From Bacillota bacterium (lineage in GTDB: Bacteria > Bacillota > Clostridia > Christensenellales > Borkfalkiaceae), in NCBI GenBank assembly GCA_023403375.1, contig JAEYEN010000024.1, positions 1 to 43,404 of the forward strand: a DNA stretch of 43,404 nucleotides. Reading direction: 5' to 3'. The notes beneath the pieces are model-generated. The model did not search any database, was not told the DNA's origin, and saw only the letters and a list, made by a program, of their open reading frames with translations. Below are positions 9,988-17,134 of this stretch, in pieces (the first letter of the stretch is position 1; every line of letters begins with the position of its first letter). The translations under genes were made by a program, and so were the position numbers.

Positions 9988-10833
9988 TTATTTTTTGCCT
10001 TTAACGTCTAAATATAATTTGCGCTCGTTGCCTTCGTATAAAAGTTTATAAAGCGTTTCGCTGTCTTTGTTTTTAAGCGCGGATAAGTATTTGTTAAGGT
10101 TATCTATCAGTTCGGATAGTTCGCTTGACAGATTGTCGGCGTTTTCCGTCATCAGTTCCGTCCACATTTGCGGGTTTAATCTCGCCACTCGCGTCATATC
10201 TTTATAACTTCCCGCAGAAAAACCGTCGTGCGATTCCGCGCTTTTGTTTTTTATAAACGCATTGGACAAAACGTGGCAAAGTTGAGAAGTGAACGCGATT
10301 TCTTCGTCGTGCCTTTCCGCCGAACAGATTTCAACGTTCTTAAAGCCTAACGAAAGATAGAATTTTTTAAGTTCTTCAAGTTTGAAAATATCGGCGTTCA
10401 CGTTTACGAGAATCATAGACGCGCCCTCAAAAAGCGTTGCGGTGGAGTGGTCTATACCCGAAAATTCGCGCCCTGCCATGGGGTGGCCGCCGACGAAAAT
10501 TATATCCTTATATTTTTCGGAAAAGGCTTTCATCGTTTTAACGACGCCGCGCTTGATTCCGCAAAAATCGGTAACCACCGCGCCCTTTTTTAAGTGCGGC
10601 AGATATTTTTCCAGAATACTTTCCACTTTATCGGGCGTTACCGCAAGGATAAGCATATCGAGTTTTGCGGCGCTCTTTTCGTCCAACTTTTCGGACACGG
10701 CGTGGAGAAGTTCGGCTTTTAAGAACGCGCTGTCCGACAGGTCTTCGCCGTAAACCTTAAAGCCGCCCTTTGTATAAAGCGTTCTTCCGAAAGAACCGCC
10801 CATTAAACCTAAACCTACGATACCTATATTCAT
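9988..10833 (-). CDS. tyrA: Prephenate dehydrogenase
   Basis: I chose the start at MNIGIVGLGLMGGSFG (ATG at 10833) because it forms an ATGA overlap with the aroF stop. The 32-codon N-terminal extension in the ORF track lies inside aroF and is Arg-rich junk. Confidence 0.85.
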   Translation of the reverse strand: MNIGIVGLGLMGGSFGRTLYTKGGFKVYGEDLSDSAFLKAELLHAVSEKLDEKSAAKLDMLILAVTPDKVESILEKYLPHLKKGAVVTDFCGIKRGVVKTMKAFSEKYKDIIFVGGHPMAGREFSGIDHSTATLFEGASMILVNVNADIFKLEELKKFYLSLGFKNVEICSAERHDEEIAFTSQLCHVLSNAFIKNKSAESHDGFSAGSYKDMTRVARLNPQMWTELMTENADNLSSELSELIDNLNKYLSALKNKDSETLYKLLYEGNERKLYLDVKGKK

Positions 10834-11846
10834 AATATACACTTCTTTCCGCAAATGGGGAGCATTACGTTTACGCAATGCGTTATATCGTCGAACTGTT
10901 CGGGACGAACGGACTGCGCGCCGTCGCAAAGAGCGTGCGGCGGGTCGTTATGCACTTCTATCATAAGTCCGTCCGCACTTGCGCCGACGGAAGCGAGCGA
11001 TAACGGTTTTACAAGCCTGCTTAACCCCGAAGCGTGCGACGGGTCTACGATTACGGGTAAATGCGTTAATTCTTTAAGCACGGGGATTGCCGATAAATCA
11101 AGCGTGTTTCTGGTATACGGCTCGAACGTTCTTATTCCCCTTTCGCAAAGCACCACGTCTTTGCTGCCTTCCGACATAATGTATTCCGCACTCATAAGCC
11201 ACTCTTCTATGGTATTGCAGAATCCTCTTTTAAGCAAAACGGGTTTGCCCGTCTTTCCCACTTCTTTTAAGAGTTCGTAGTTTTGCATATCCCTTGCGCC
11301 AATCTGAATCAGGTCTACGTCTTTAAATAAGTCTATGTGGCGAACGCTCATAATTTCGGTAACAATGGGAAGTCCCGTTTCTTCTTTCGCTTTAAGCAGA
11401 AGTTCCAGCCCCGTTTCCCTTAACCCCTGGAAAGAGTAAGGCGAAGTTCTGGGTTTGAACGCGCCGCCCCTTAAAAGTTTTGCGCCCGACTTTTTAACCG
11501 ACTGCGCGATTTCCACAATCTGTTTTTCCGTTTCGACCGAACACGGCCCCGCGACAACCGTAAAATTATCGCCGCCTATTTTAACGCCCGAAACGTCTAC
11601 AATCGTGTCTTCGGGGTGGAATTTTCTGTTGGCGAGTTTAAAAGGTTCCTGAATTCTTTTAACGCTTTCCACTATGTCCAAAGAGCGAACGAGGTCGATG
11701 TCGATTTTGCTGGTATCGCCGATAAGCCCTAAAACGGTGGAGTGGCTGCCGTTACTTACGTCAACTTCCAAGCCCTGCTTTTTAACCCAATCTATAAGGT
11801 TTTTTAACTGTTTTTCTTCTCTGTCCTGTTTTACGATGATAATCAT
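10830..11846 (-). CDS. aroF: 3-deoxy-7-phosphoheptulonate (DAHP) synthase, type I-beta with an N-terminal regulatory-like domain
   Basis: 338 aa. Motifs GPCSVE, KPRTSPYSFQGL and DPSHA. An extra ~70-aa N-terminal domain resembles that of Thermotoga/Bacillus-type DAHPS. Confidence 0.9.
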   Translation of the reverse strand: MIIIVKQDREEKQLKNLIDWVKKQGLEVDVSNGSHSTVLGLIGDTSKIDIDLVRSLDIVESVKRIQEPFKLANRKFHPEDTIVDVSGVKIGGDNFTVVAGPCSVETEKQIVEIAQSVKKSGAKLLRGGAFKPRTSPYSFQGLRETGLELLLKAKEETGLPIVTEIMSVRHIDLFKDVDLIQIGARDMQNYELLKEVGKTGKPVLLKRGFCNTIEEWLMSAEYIMSEGSKDVVLCERGIRTFEPYTRNTLDLSAIPVLKELTHLPVIVDPSHASGLSRLVKPLSLASVGASADGLMIEVHNDPPHALCDGAQSVRPEQFDDITHCVNVMLPICGKKCIL

Positions 11847-11878
11847 ATCTGCACCCGTTAAAAAATAAAATTATAAAT

Positions 11879-11906
11879 AAAAAAACGACCGATTGATTTA
11901 TCGGTC
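11879..11906 (-). terminator. Attenuator terminator in the aro operon leader
   Basis: The minus strand reads GACCGAT-AAATCA-ATCGGTC-G-TTTTTTT, 32 nt upstream of the aroF ATG. The 5' arm can alternatively pair with ATCGGTTA at 11947-11954. Confidence 0.6.
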
Positions 11907-11955
11907 ATTTTATAAACACTTAATAAAAATAAAAGCACGAAAAAAATAACCGATA

Positions 11956-12012
11956 TTAACAATATGGTCTGATAAAGTAATATTCAAAATAAAAAGCGGA
12001 TAAAACTTTCAT
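11956..12012 (-). CDS. Candidate aromatic-rich leader peptide MKVLSAFYFEYYFIRPYC (18 aa)
   Basis: ATG preceded by AAGGA about 9 nt upstream and by a TTGACA-17-TATACT promoter. 7 of 18 codons are Phe or Tyr. The stop codon is 1 nt from the antiterminator arm. Confidence 0.55.
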   Translation of the reverse strand: MKVLSAFYFEYYFIRPYC

Positions 12013-12032
12013 ATTCGTGTTCCTTTTCTTTC

Positions 12033-12061
12033 AGTATATTATCATTTATTTTTCGTGTCAA
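12033..12061 (-). promoter_or_regulatory. Sigma-A promoter of the aro leader/operon
   Basis: Minus strand TTGACA (12056-12061), 17-nt spacer, TATACT (12033-12038). Confidence 0.6.
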
Positions 12062-12103
12062 CCTTTTTTCGACTGAATTTTTTAAAATTTTTGTCGCAAA
12101 CGT

Positions 12104-12132
12104 TTGACAACGCATATAAATATTGATATAAT
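12104..12132 (+). promoter_or_regulatory. Consensus sigma-A promoter of the T-box/trpB2 transcript
   Basis: TTGACA (12104-12109), 17-nt spacer, TATAAT (12127-12132). Confidence 0.7.
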
Positions 12133-12138
12133 CGGCTT

Positions 12139-12420
12139 AAATTAAACCTTTGATACAGAGTAGTAACTGTTTATCGGACGTTAAGAGAGTTTTGGGTTGG
12201 TGCGACAAAACCGTTTATATTCAGCGAATGGACTGTTGAGGGCAAACGAACGGCAAACTTTTTGCCAAGTAGCAATTGACGGGTTGCGCCCGTTAAAGCG
12301 CATTGCGTATGATAGTACGTTAAAGAGAACGTGTAAACGTTAATTTGGGTGGCACCGCGGAATTATTCGTCCCAAAAGCAATTTTGCTTTTGGGATTTTT
12401 TGTTTTTTTTCGGAGGCAGT
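12139..12420 (+). promoter_or_regulatory. T-box riboswitch leader with Trp specifier (UGG)
   Basis: AGAGA/GGTGCGA stem I elements. Specifier loop GCGAA-TGG-A with UGG at 12229-12231. F-box-like CCCGTTAA. T-box sequence AATTTGGGTGGCACCGCGG (12342-12360). Terminator TCCCAAAAGCA-ATTT-TGCTTTTGGGA plus a T-run (12370-12420). Confidence 0.85.
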
Positions 12421-12673
12421 TATGAAAAAATACGGAATAGACCTATACCTGCGATGGCGAAAAGACTTTGTCGCCTTTCCACGCTTCAATCGATTTTAAC
12501 GGGCGTTTTAATTTTTGGCAGAACGTAAAATAAAACAATCCGATAATCAGCGGAAAACCAAAAAAACGCAAAGTCAAAAGTTAAAGGTTAAACCTTAAAA
12601 ATCAAAATAAAAAACTAAAATAAAAACGCAAAATATAAACAATATATAAGAATAGTTAAAGGAGAAAAAAATT

Positions 12674-14047
12674 ATGGATAAGAAAATACCTTATAAAATA
12701 TATTTAGAAGAAAAAGAGATGCCGAAAAGTTGGTATAACGTCCGCGCGGATATGAAAGTTAAACCCGCGCCCCTTCTTAACCCCGCAACGGGCAAACCCG
12801 CCACGCTTGAAGAACTTTCTCACGTTTTCTGCAAAGAACTTGCGGAGCAGGAATTGAACAACGACGACGCTTATATCGAAATTCCCGAAGAGATAAGGGA
12901 TTTTTACAAAATGTATCGTCCGTCTCCGTTGGTGAGAGCGTATTGCTTGGAGAAAAAGTTGGGCACGCCCGCGCACATTTACTATAAATTTGAAGGAAAC
13001 AACACTTCCGGTTCGCACAAACTCAACAGCGCGATTGCGCAGGCTTATTACGCTAAAAAAGAAGGTCTTACGGGAGTTACCACCGAAACGGGCGCAGGAC
13101 AGTGGGGCACGGCGCTTTCCATGGCTTGCTCTTACTTCGACTTAAAATGCGACGTGTTTATGGTAAAGTGTTCTTACGAACAAAAGCCTTTCCGTCGTGA
13201 AGTTATGAGAACTTACGGCGCGAACGTTACCCCCTCGCCTTCTATGACGACGGAAATAGGTAAAAAAATAAACGCGGAATTCCCCGGAACTTCGGGTTCT
13301 CTCGGTTGCGCTATATCGGAAGCGGTTGAGAAAGCGGTTACCACGCCCAACACCAGATACGTTTTAGGCTCCGTTTTAAGTCAGGTTCTTTTGCACCAGT
13401 CGATAATCGGATTAGAAACCAAAGCCGCATTCGACAAGATTGGCGTTAAGCCCGATATTATTATCGGTTGCGCAGGCGGCGGCTCCAACCTTGGCGGTCT
13501 TATCTCTCCCTTCGTCGGCGAAATGTTAAGGGGCGAAGCGAAATACGACATTATTGCGGTTGAACCTGCTTCTTGTCCGTCGCTTACACGCGGTAAATAC
13601 GCTTACGACTTCTGCGATACGGGTAAAGTTTGTCCGCTCGCTAAAATGTACACTCTCGGCAGTTCGTTCATTCCTTCCGCTAATCACGCAGGCGGATTAA
13701 GATACCACGGTATGAGTTCGGTTGTTTCCGAACTTTACGACCAAGGCTATCTGACCGCGCGCTCCGTAGAACAGACGGAGGTTTTCAAAGCGGCGGAAGA
13801 GTTTGCAAGAGTTGAAGGTATTCTCCCCGCACCCGAAAGCAGCCACGCTATCAAAGTTGCGATAGACGAAGCGCTTAAATGCAAAGAAACGGGCGAAGAA
13901 AAGAACATCGTTTTCGGCCTTACCGGCACGGGCTATTTCGATATGGTTGCATACAACAAGTATAACGACGGCGTTATGGGCGACTACATTCCCACCGACG
14001 AAGAAATTAAAAAGAGTCTTGATAAACTCCCCGTCGTAAACAAATAA
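12674..14047 (+). CDS. trpB: TrpB2-type tryptophan synthase beta-like PLP enzyme (stand-alone)
   Basis: 457 aa, the long TrpB2 form. PLP-lysine motif GSHKLNSA and GGGSN loop. AAAGGAG ribosome-binding site. No trpA adjacent. Confidence 0.9.
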   Translation: MDKKIPYKIYLEEKEMPKSWYNVRADMKVKPAPLLNPATGKPATLEELSHVFCKELAEQELNNDDAYIEIPEEIRDFYKMYRPSPLVRAYCLEKKLGTPAHIYYKFEGNNTSGSHKLNSAIAQAYYAKKEGLTGVTTETGAGQWGTALSMACSYFDLKCDVFMVKCSYEQKPFRREVMRTYGANVTPSPSMTTEIGKKINAEFPGTSGSLGCAISEAVEKAVTTPNTRYVLGSVLSQVLLHQSIIGLETKAAFDKIGVKPDIIIGCAGGGSNLGGLISPFVGEMLRGEAKYDIIAVEPASCPSLTRGKYAYDFCDTGKVCPLAKMYTLGSSFIPSANHAGGLRYHGMSSVVSELYDQGYLTARSVEQTEVFKAAEEFARVEGILPAPESSHAIKVAIDEALKCKETGEEKNIVFGLTGTGYFDMVAYNKYNDGVMGDYIPTDEEIKKSLDKLPVVNK

Positions 14048-14087
14048 TCTCACAATAATCTCGTCGTAAATTGAATTTTACAACTAA

Positions 14088-14119
14088 AAAGAGTTCGGAA
14101 AATTCCGAACTCTTTTTTT
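14088..14119 (+). terminator. Rho-independent terminator after trpB2
   Basis: AAAGAGTTCGG-loop-CCGAACTCTTT followed by a T-run. Confidence 0.8.
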
Positions 14120-14370
14120 CTTTGCGGTTTTATTGTCGCCGTCAGCGGATTTTTGCCGTTATCTTCGATTTCACCGCCGCTTTGTAACAGGTTTTTTTGC
14201 TTTTCAAATATATAGTGTTAGATAAATTAAATTTATGTGTATTTTTAGTAAATTATTAAAAAAATATACAAAGTTAAAAAAAAGTATGTTATACTGATTA
14301 TAAAGATTGCAGATACTCTTGGTTTTACTCCACAGCAATCTTTCAGAATTTGTCAATAAGGAGGAAAAAT

Positions 14371-16194
14371 ATGACAAAGAAATACTTTATTTGGGCGTTT
14401 GTATTAGCCTTTATGTTGTTGGTGCCCGCAATGTTTCTGTTTTCGGCTTGCGGGAAACATGAACATTCATTTAGTGGTGATTGGTCTAAATCAGAAACTC
14501 AACATTGGCATGATTGCACAGACAAAAATTGTGAAGAAAAAAACGACTTGGCTGATCACGACTTTGTTTGGGTTGAAAAGACCCCTGCCGGTGTCCACAC
14601 CGACAAAGTAGAAACAGGCACTTGCTCAACCTGTCAATATCAAAAAGACAGAACAATCGCAGGTTCGGGCGACAACATTCATACTTGGGAAAGAAAAAGT
14701 GATGAAACTAAACATTGGGAACAAACAACCTGTACCCAACACGACGCAATTAAAAGAAACGAAGAAGCTCATTCTTGGGAATGGAAAGCCAACGACCAAA
14801 AACATTGGCAAGAAACAACCTGCGAACTAGAAACTCCATTACAACAAAATGAGCAAGACCATACTTGGGTATATGAGTCAGAAGGCGAATTAACTCACAA
14901 ACGCCAAACCAACTGTGGCGAAGAAAAACACGCACTAAGAATAGAAACTAACATTGCACACAGATATACAGATGAAAACGATGTTGATTGTAACGACTGT
15001 GGTTATGTTAGAAGTATTGCCGGCAAAGGTTCCTTTGGCACACTTTCAGCAAAAACATACAATGCCGGAGCACAAGGTGTTGCTTCAAGCGATTACACAG
15101 TTGCTGAAGCAATAAAAGATCTTTGCGAAATTCAATACAAAGTGAAAGGTGCAAACGATAGCACCTACACCACAACAGCTCCTACAAATGCAGGAACTTA
15201 TGAAGTAAGAATTTACTGCAGAGGAAATGATACTTATCTAAAAGGCGAAGTTGCAAAAACAGATTATGTAATCAATAAATACAAAGTTGAAATTGCTAGA
15301 GGTTTAAGTTTTAAGGTTGCTTACAACAAAGCAGCTATGGAAGATCCTAATGTTCAATATATACATTTAGGAACTGTTACCGTATCTGAAGGTTTAGTTG
15401 AACCTGTTGACGTTCCAATTAAAGCACCAAAGAGAGACGACAACAAAAATCCTGGAAGAAATCCAATTTATGTTGAATACTTATTAACTGAAGATGACAA
15501 TTTCGCAATTAAGGAATTGCCACCAAGTGACACTAATAGAAAAGTTAATTTAGTTCACTATAACGACAGCGTTGTAGCAACATTAACAAGTAAAGATGAA
15601 ACAAATGTTAAATGGGACGAGACCAAAGAACAAGTTGGTATTACTGTTAATAGAGTTAACAACGGAACAATAAGAGTTGGTGACTATATGATTTGCGAGG
15701 GTTATGCAACACCTCTAGAAGTAGTTGCCTTAAAATTGGAATATAATGTTCCTACTGACATGTTAGTAAATGCCGACAGAAACTGTGAGATATATTTTGA
15801 CTATAGTAGTTTTGCTGATTTAGACGCTGCAAAAACTATTTTGGCAAACAAAACCTTTACAGAAGTTGAAACTCTTAACTTTGTAGAAGGCGAAAATTAT
15901 ACCAACACTGTAAGCAGACAACTAAACAAAGGCGAAAAATTTTATCTTGTATTCACTACAGAAGCTTCTGAAAATCTAAAAACTTATAAATTAAATTTTG
16001 ACACAAATGGAACAGGCTATGTGACAACTAGTGACTCGGTTGTTTTCTATAGAGAAGATGGATCTGGTGTTTCCGGGGGATACGAACTACACGTACAAAC
16101 ACCTGACGGAGTGTTATATTTTGTTACAGTAACAAAAACTGCCGACTGTGAGGCAGGAAAAGAAAGTGTAGATTTCTATATCACTAAAAGATAA
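14371..16194 (+). CDS. Surface lipoprotein with His/Trp/Cys-rich N-terminal repeats and an MBG/Ig-like adhesin-type region
   Basis: I chose the start at the ATG 7 nt after GGAGG (14371). Signal peptide with lipobox LFSAC. Six H-x-W..HW..C repeats. TAPTNAGTYEVRIY motif. CpG content is markedly lower than in flanking genes. Confidence 0.75.
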   Translation: MTKKYFIWAFVLAFMLLVPAMFLFSACGKHEHSFSGDWSKSETQHWHDCTDKNCEEKNDLADHDFVWVEKTPAGVHTDKVETGTCSTCQYQKDRTIAGSGDNIHTWERKSDETKHWEQTTCTQHDAIKRNEEAHSWEWKANDQKHWQETTCELETPLQQNEQDHTWVYESEGELTHKRQTNCGEEKHALRIETNIAHRYTDENDVDCNDCGYVRSIAGKGSFGTLSAKTYNAGAQGVASSDYTVAEAIKDLCEIQYKVKGANDSTYTTTAPTNAGTYEVRIYCRGNDTYLKGEVAKTDYVINKYKVEIARGLSFKVAYNKAAMEDPNVQYIHLGTVTVSEGLVEPVDVPIKAPKRDDNKNPGRNPIYVEYLLTEDDNFAIKELPPSDTNRKVNLVHYNDSVVATLTSKDETNVKWDETKEQVGITVNRVNNGTIRVGDYMICEGYATPLEVVALKLEYNVPTDMLVNADRNCEIYFDYSSFADLDAAKTILANKTFTEVETLNFVEGENYTNTVSRQLNKGEKFYLVFTTEASENLKTYKLNFDTNGTGYVTTSDSVVFYREDGSGVSGGYELHVQTPDGVLYFVTVTKTADCEAGKESVDFYITKR

Positions 16195-16224
16195 AGCAAA
16201 CAGCTACGTTTGTTAGCATTATTT

Positions 16225-16267
16225 AAAAAAAGCATATTTTAGGAGTTTTCCTAGATATGCTTTTTTT
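16225..16267 (+). terminator. Rho-independent terminator after the lipoprotein gene
   Basis: AAAAAAGCATATTTTAGGA-GTTT-TCCTAGATATGCTTTTTTT. Confidence 0.75.
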
Positions 16268-16536
16268 GTGCCTGCAAAAAAAGACTACAATTAAATTCTT
16301 CCCCTCAAATAACAAACTTGGTTTTTCCGGCTTCCTTATAATGGGTAAAGGCGGAAGAAAATAAATGCGTAAAATGATATTCATGTAAAAATAGGAGTTT
16401 TATTAAAGAGAACAACACGATTTGCGAGCAAATTGCAAGCCCTTATTTTTATACTTAATTTAGTCTGTTTTGACGATATAAAAAATAAATCCGAACCATT
16501 CGCTCGTGACGATGATACAATTCGGATTATAACTTC

Positions 16537-16558
16537 TTGGTGCGCCATAAGGAATTCG
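16537..16558 (-). repeat. 22-nt exact copy of the tRNA-Arg 3' end (att-like remnant)
   Basis: TTGGTGCGCCATAAGGAATTCG is identical to 16963-16984 (3' acceptor/T-arm of the intact tRNA). Confidence 0.7.
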
Positions 16559-16737
16559 TTCTTGCCATTTGCAAAGCATTTGCTAAACCCCCTTTTTGTT
16601 GCTTTGCAAATGACTTCGGTCATCGCTGAAAACTTGCCACAGGCAACTTTTCCCGCCCTGCGGCGCTCTCATTCGAATTCCTTATTCTTACTTTGTTCTA
16701 ACAAAAAAAGACGGAAAGTAATTCCGTCTTTTTTTGT

Positions 16738-16870
16738 TGGTGCGCCATTCTGTTATTCGGATAATTTTTTAGTGTTAGACAACGCTCTGCGCCTTTGCGA
16801 AGCAAAGAAGTATGGTTGACGGACAAACGACAGCCCTGCCGACAATTTCAGTTGAGCGAGCGATAACTGC
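16738..16870 (-). pseudogene. Decayed tRNA-Arg copy with its own downstream terminator
   Basis: Colinear matches to the intact tRNA, in minus sense: GCTCAACTG, GAGCGTTG-TCTA and ATGGCGCACCA. They are interrupted by unrelated sequence. It is followed by the hairpin AAAAAAAGACGGA..TCCGTCTTTTTTT (16703-16735). Confidence 0.45.
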
Positions 16871-16963
16871 ACGGGCATTGGCTACGGCTACGGATAGTGT
16901 TCGGCTTCTTTGTCGTAGACAAAGCAAAAAACCTTGTTGCTTGTTAGCATCAAGGTTTTTTGT

Positions 16964-17040
16964 TGGTGCGCCATAAGGAATTCGAATCCCTAGCCTTTGG
17001 TTCCGTAGACCAACGCTCTATCCAGTTGAGCTAATGGCGC
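16964..17040 (-). tRNA. tRNA-Arg (anticodon ACG), CCA encoded
   Basis: Folds by hand as a cloverleaf: acceptor GCGCCAT/ATGGCGC, D arm GCTC-AACTGGATA-GAGC, anticodon arm TTGGT-CTACGGA-ACCAA, T arm AGGGA-TTCGAAT-TCCTT, then ACCA. Followed by a terminator hairpin (16925-16961). Confidence 0.9.
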
Positions 17041-17083
17041 AAATAAAATATAAAATTTTATGTTCTCTTCTGAACGCTTAATT

Positions 17084-17112
17084 ATTTTATACTTTATTTT
17101 TTTATTTGTCAA
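17084..17112 (-). promoter_or_regulatory. Sigma-A promoter for tRNA-Arg
   Basis: Minus strand TTGACA (17107-17112), 17 nt, TAAAAT (17084-17089). Confidence 0.5.
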
Positions 17113-17134
17113 CCGCTTTATAGTAAAATCTCTA

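Noticed and set aside
10834-10929. The 32-codon N-terminal extension of tyrA given in the ORF track (MRRRAVRSSRTVRRYNALRKRN...).
   Set aside because: It lies entirely within the aroF coding sequence and is Arg-rich. The internal ATG at 10833 gives the canonical MNIGIVGLGLMGGS Rossmann start and an ATGA stop/start overlap.
16381-16819. ORFs 16381-16623 (-) and 16433-16819 (+), considered as possible integrase or cargo remnants beside the tRNA.
   Set aside because: They overlap each other and the tRNA-derived fragments and hairpins. They have no recombinase motifs (no R..H..R..Y pattern) and no ribosome-binding site.
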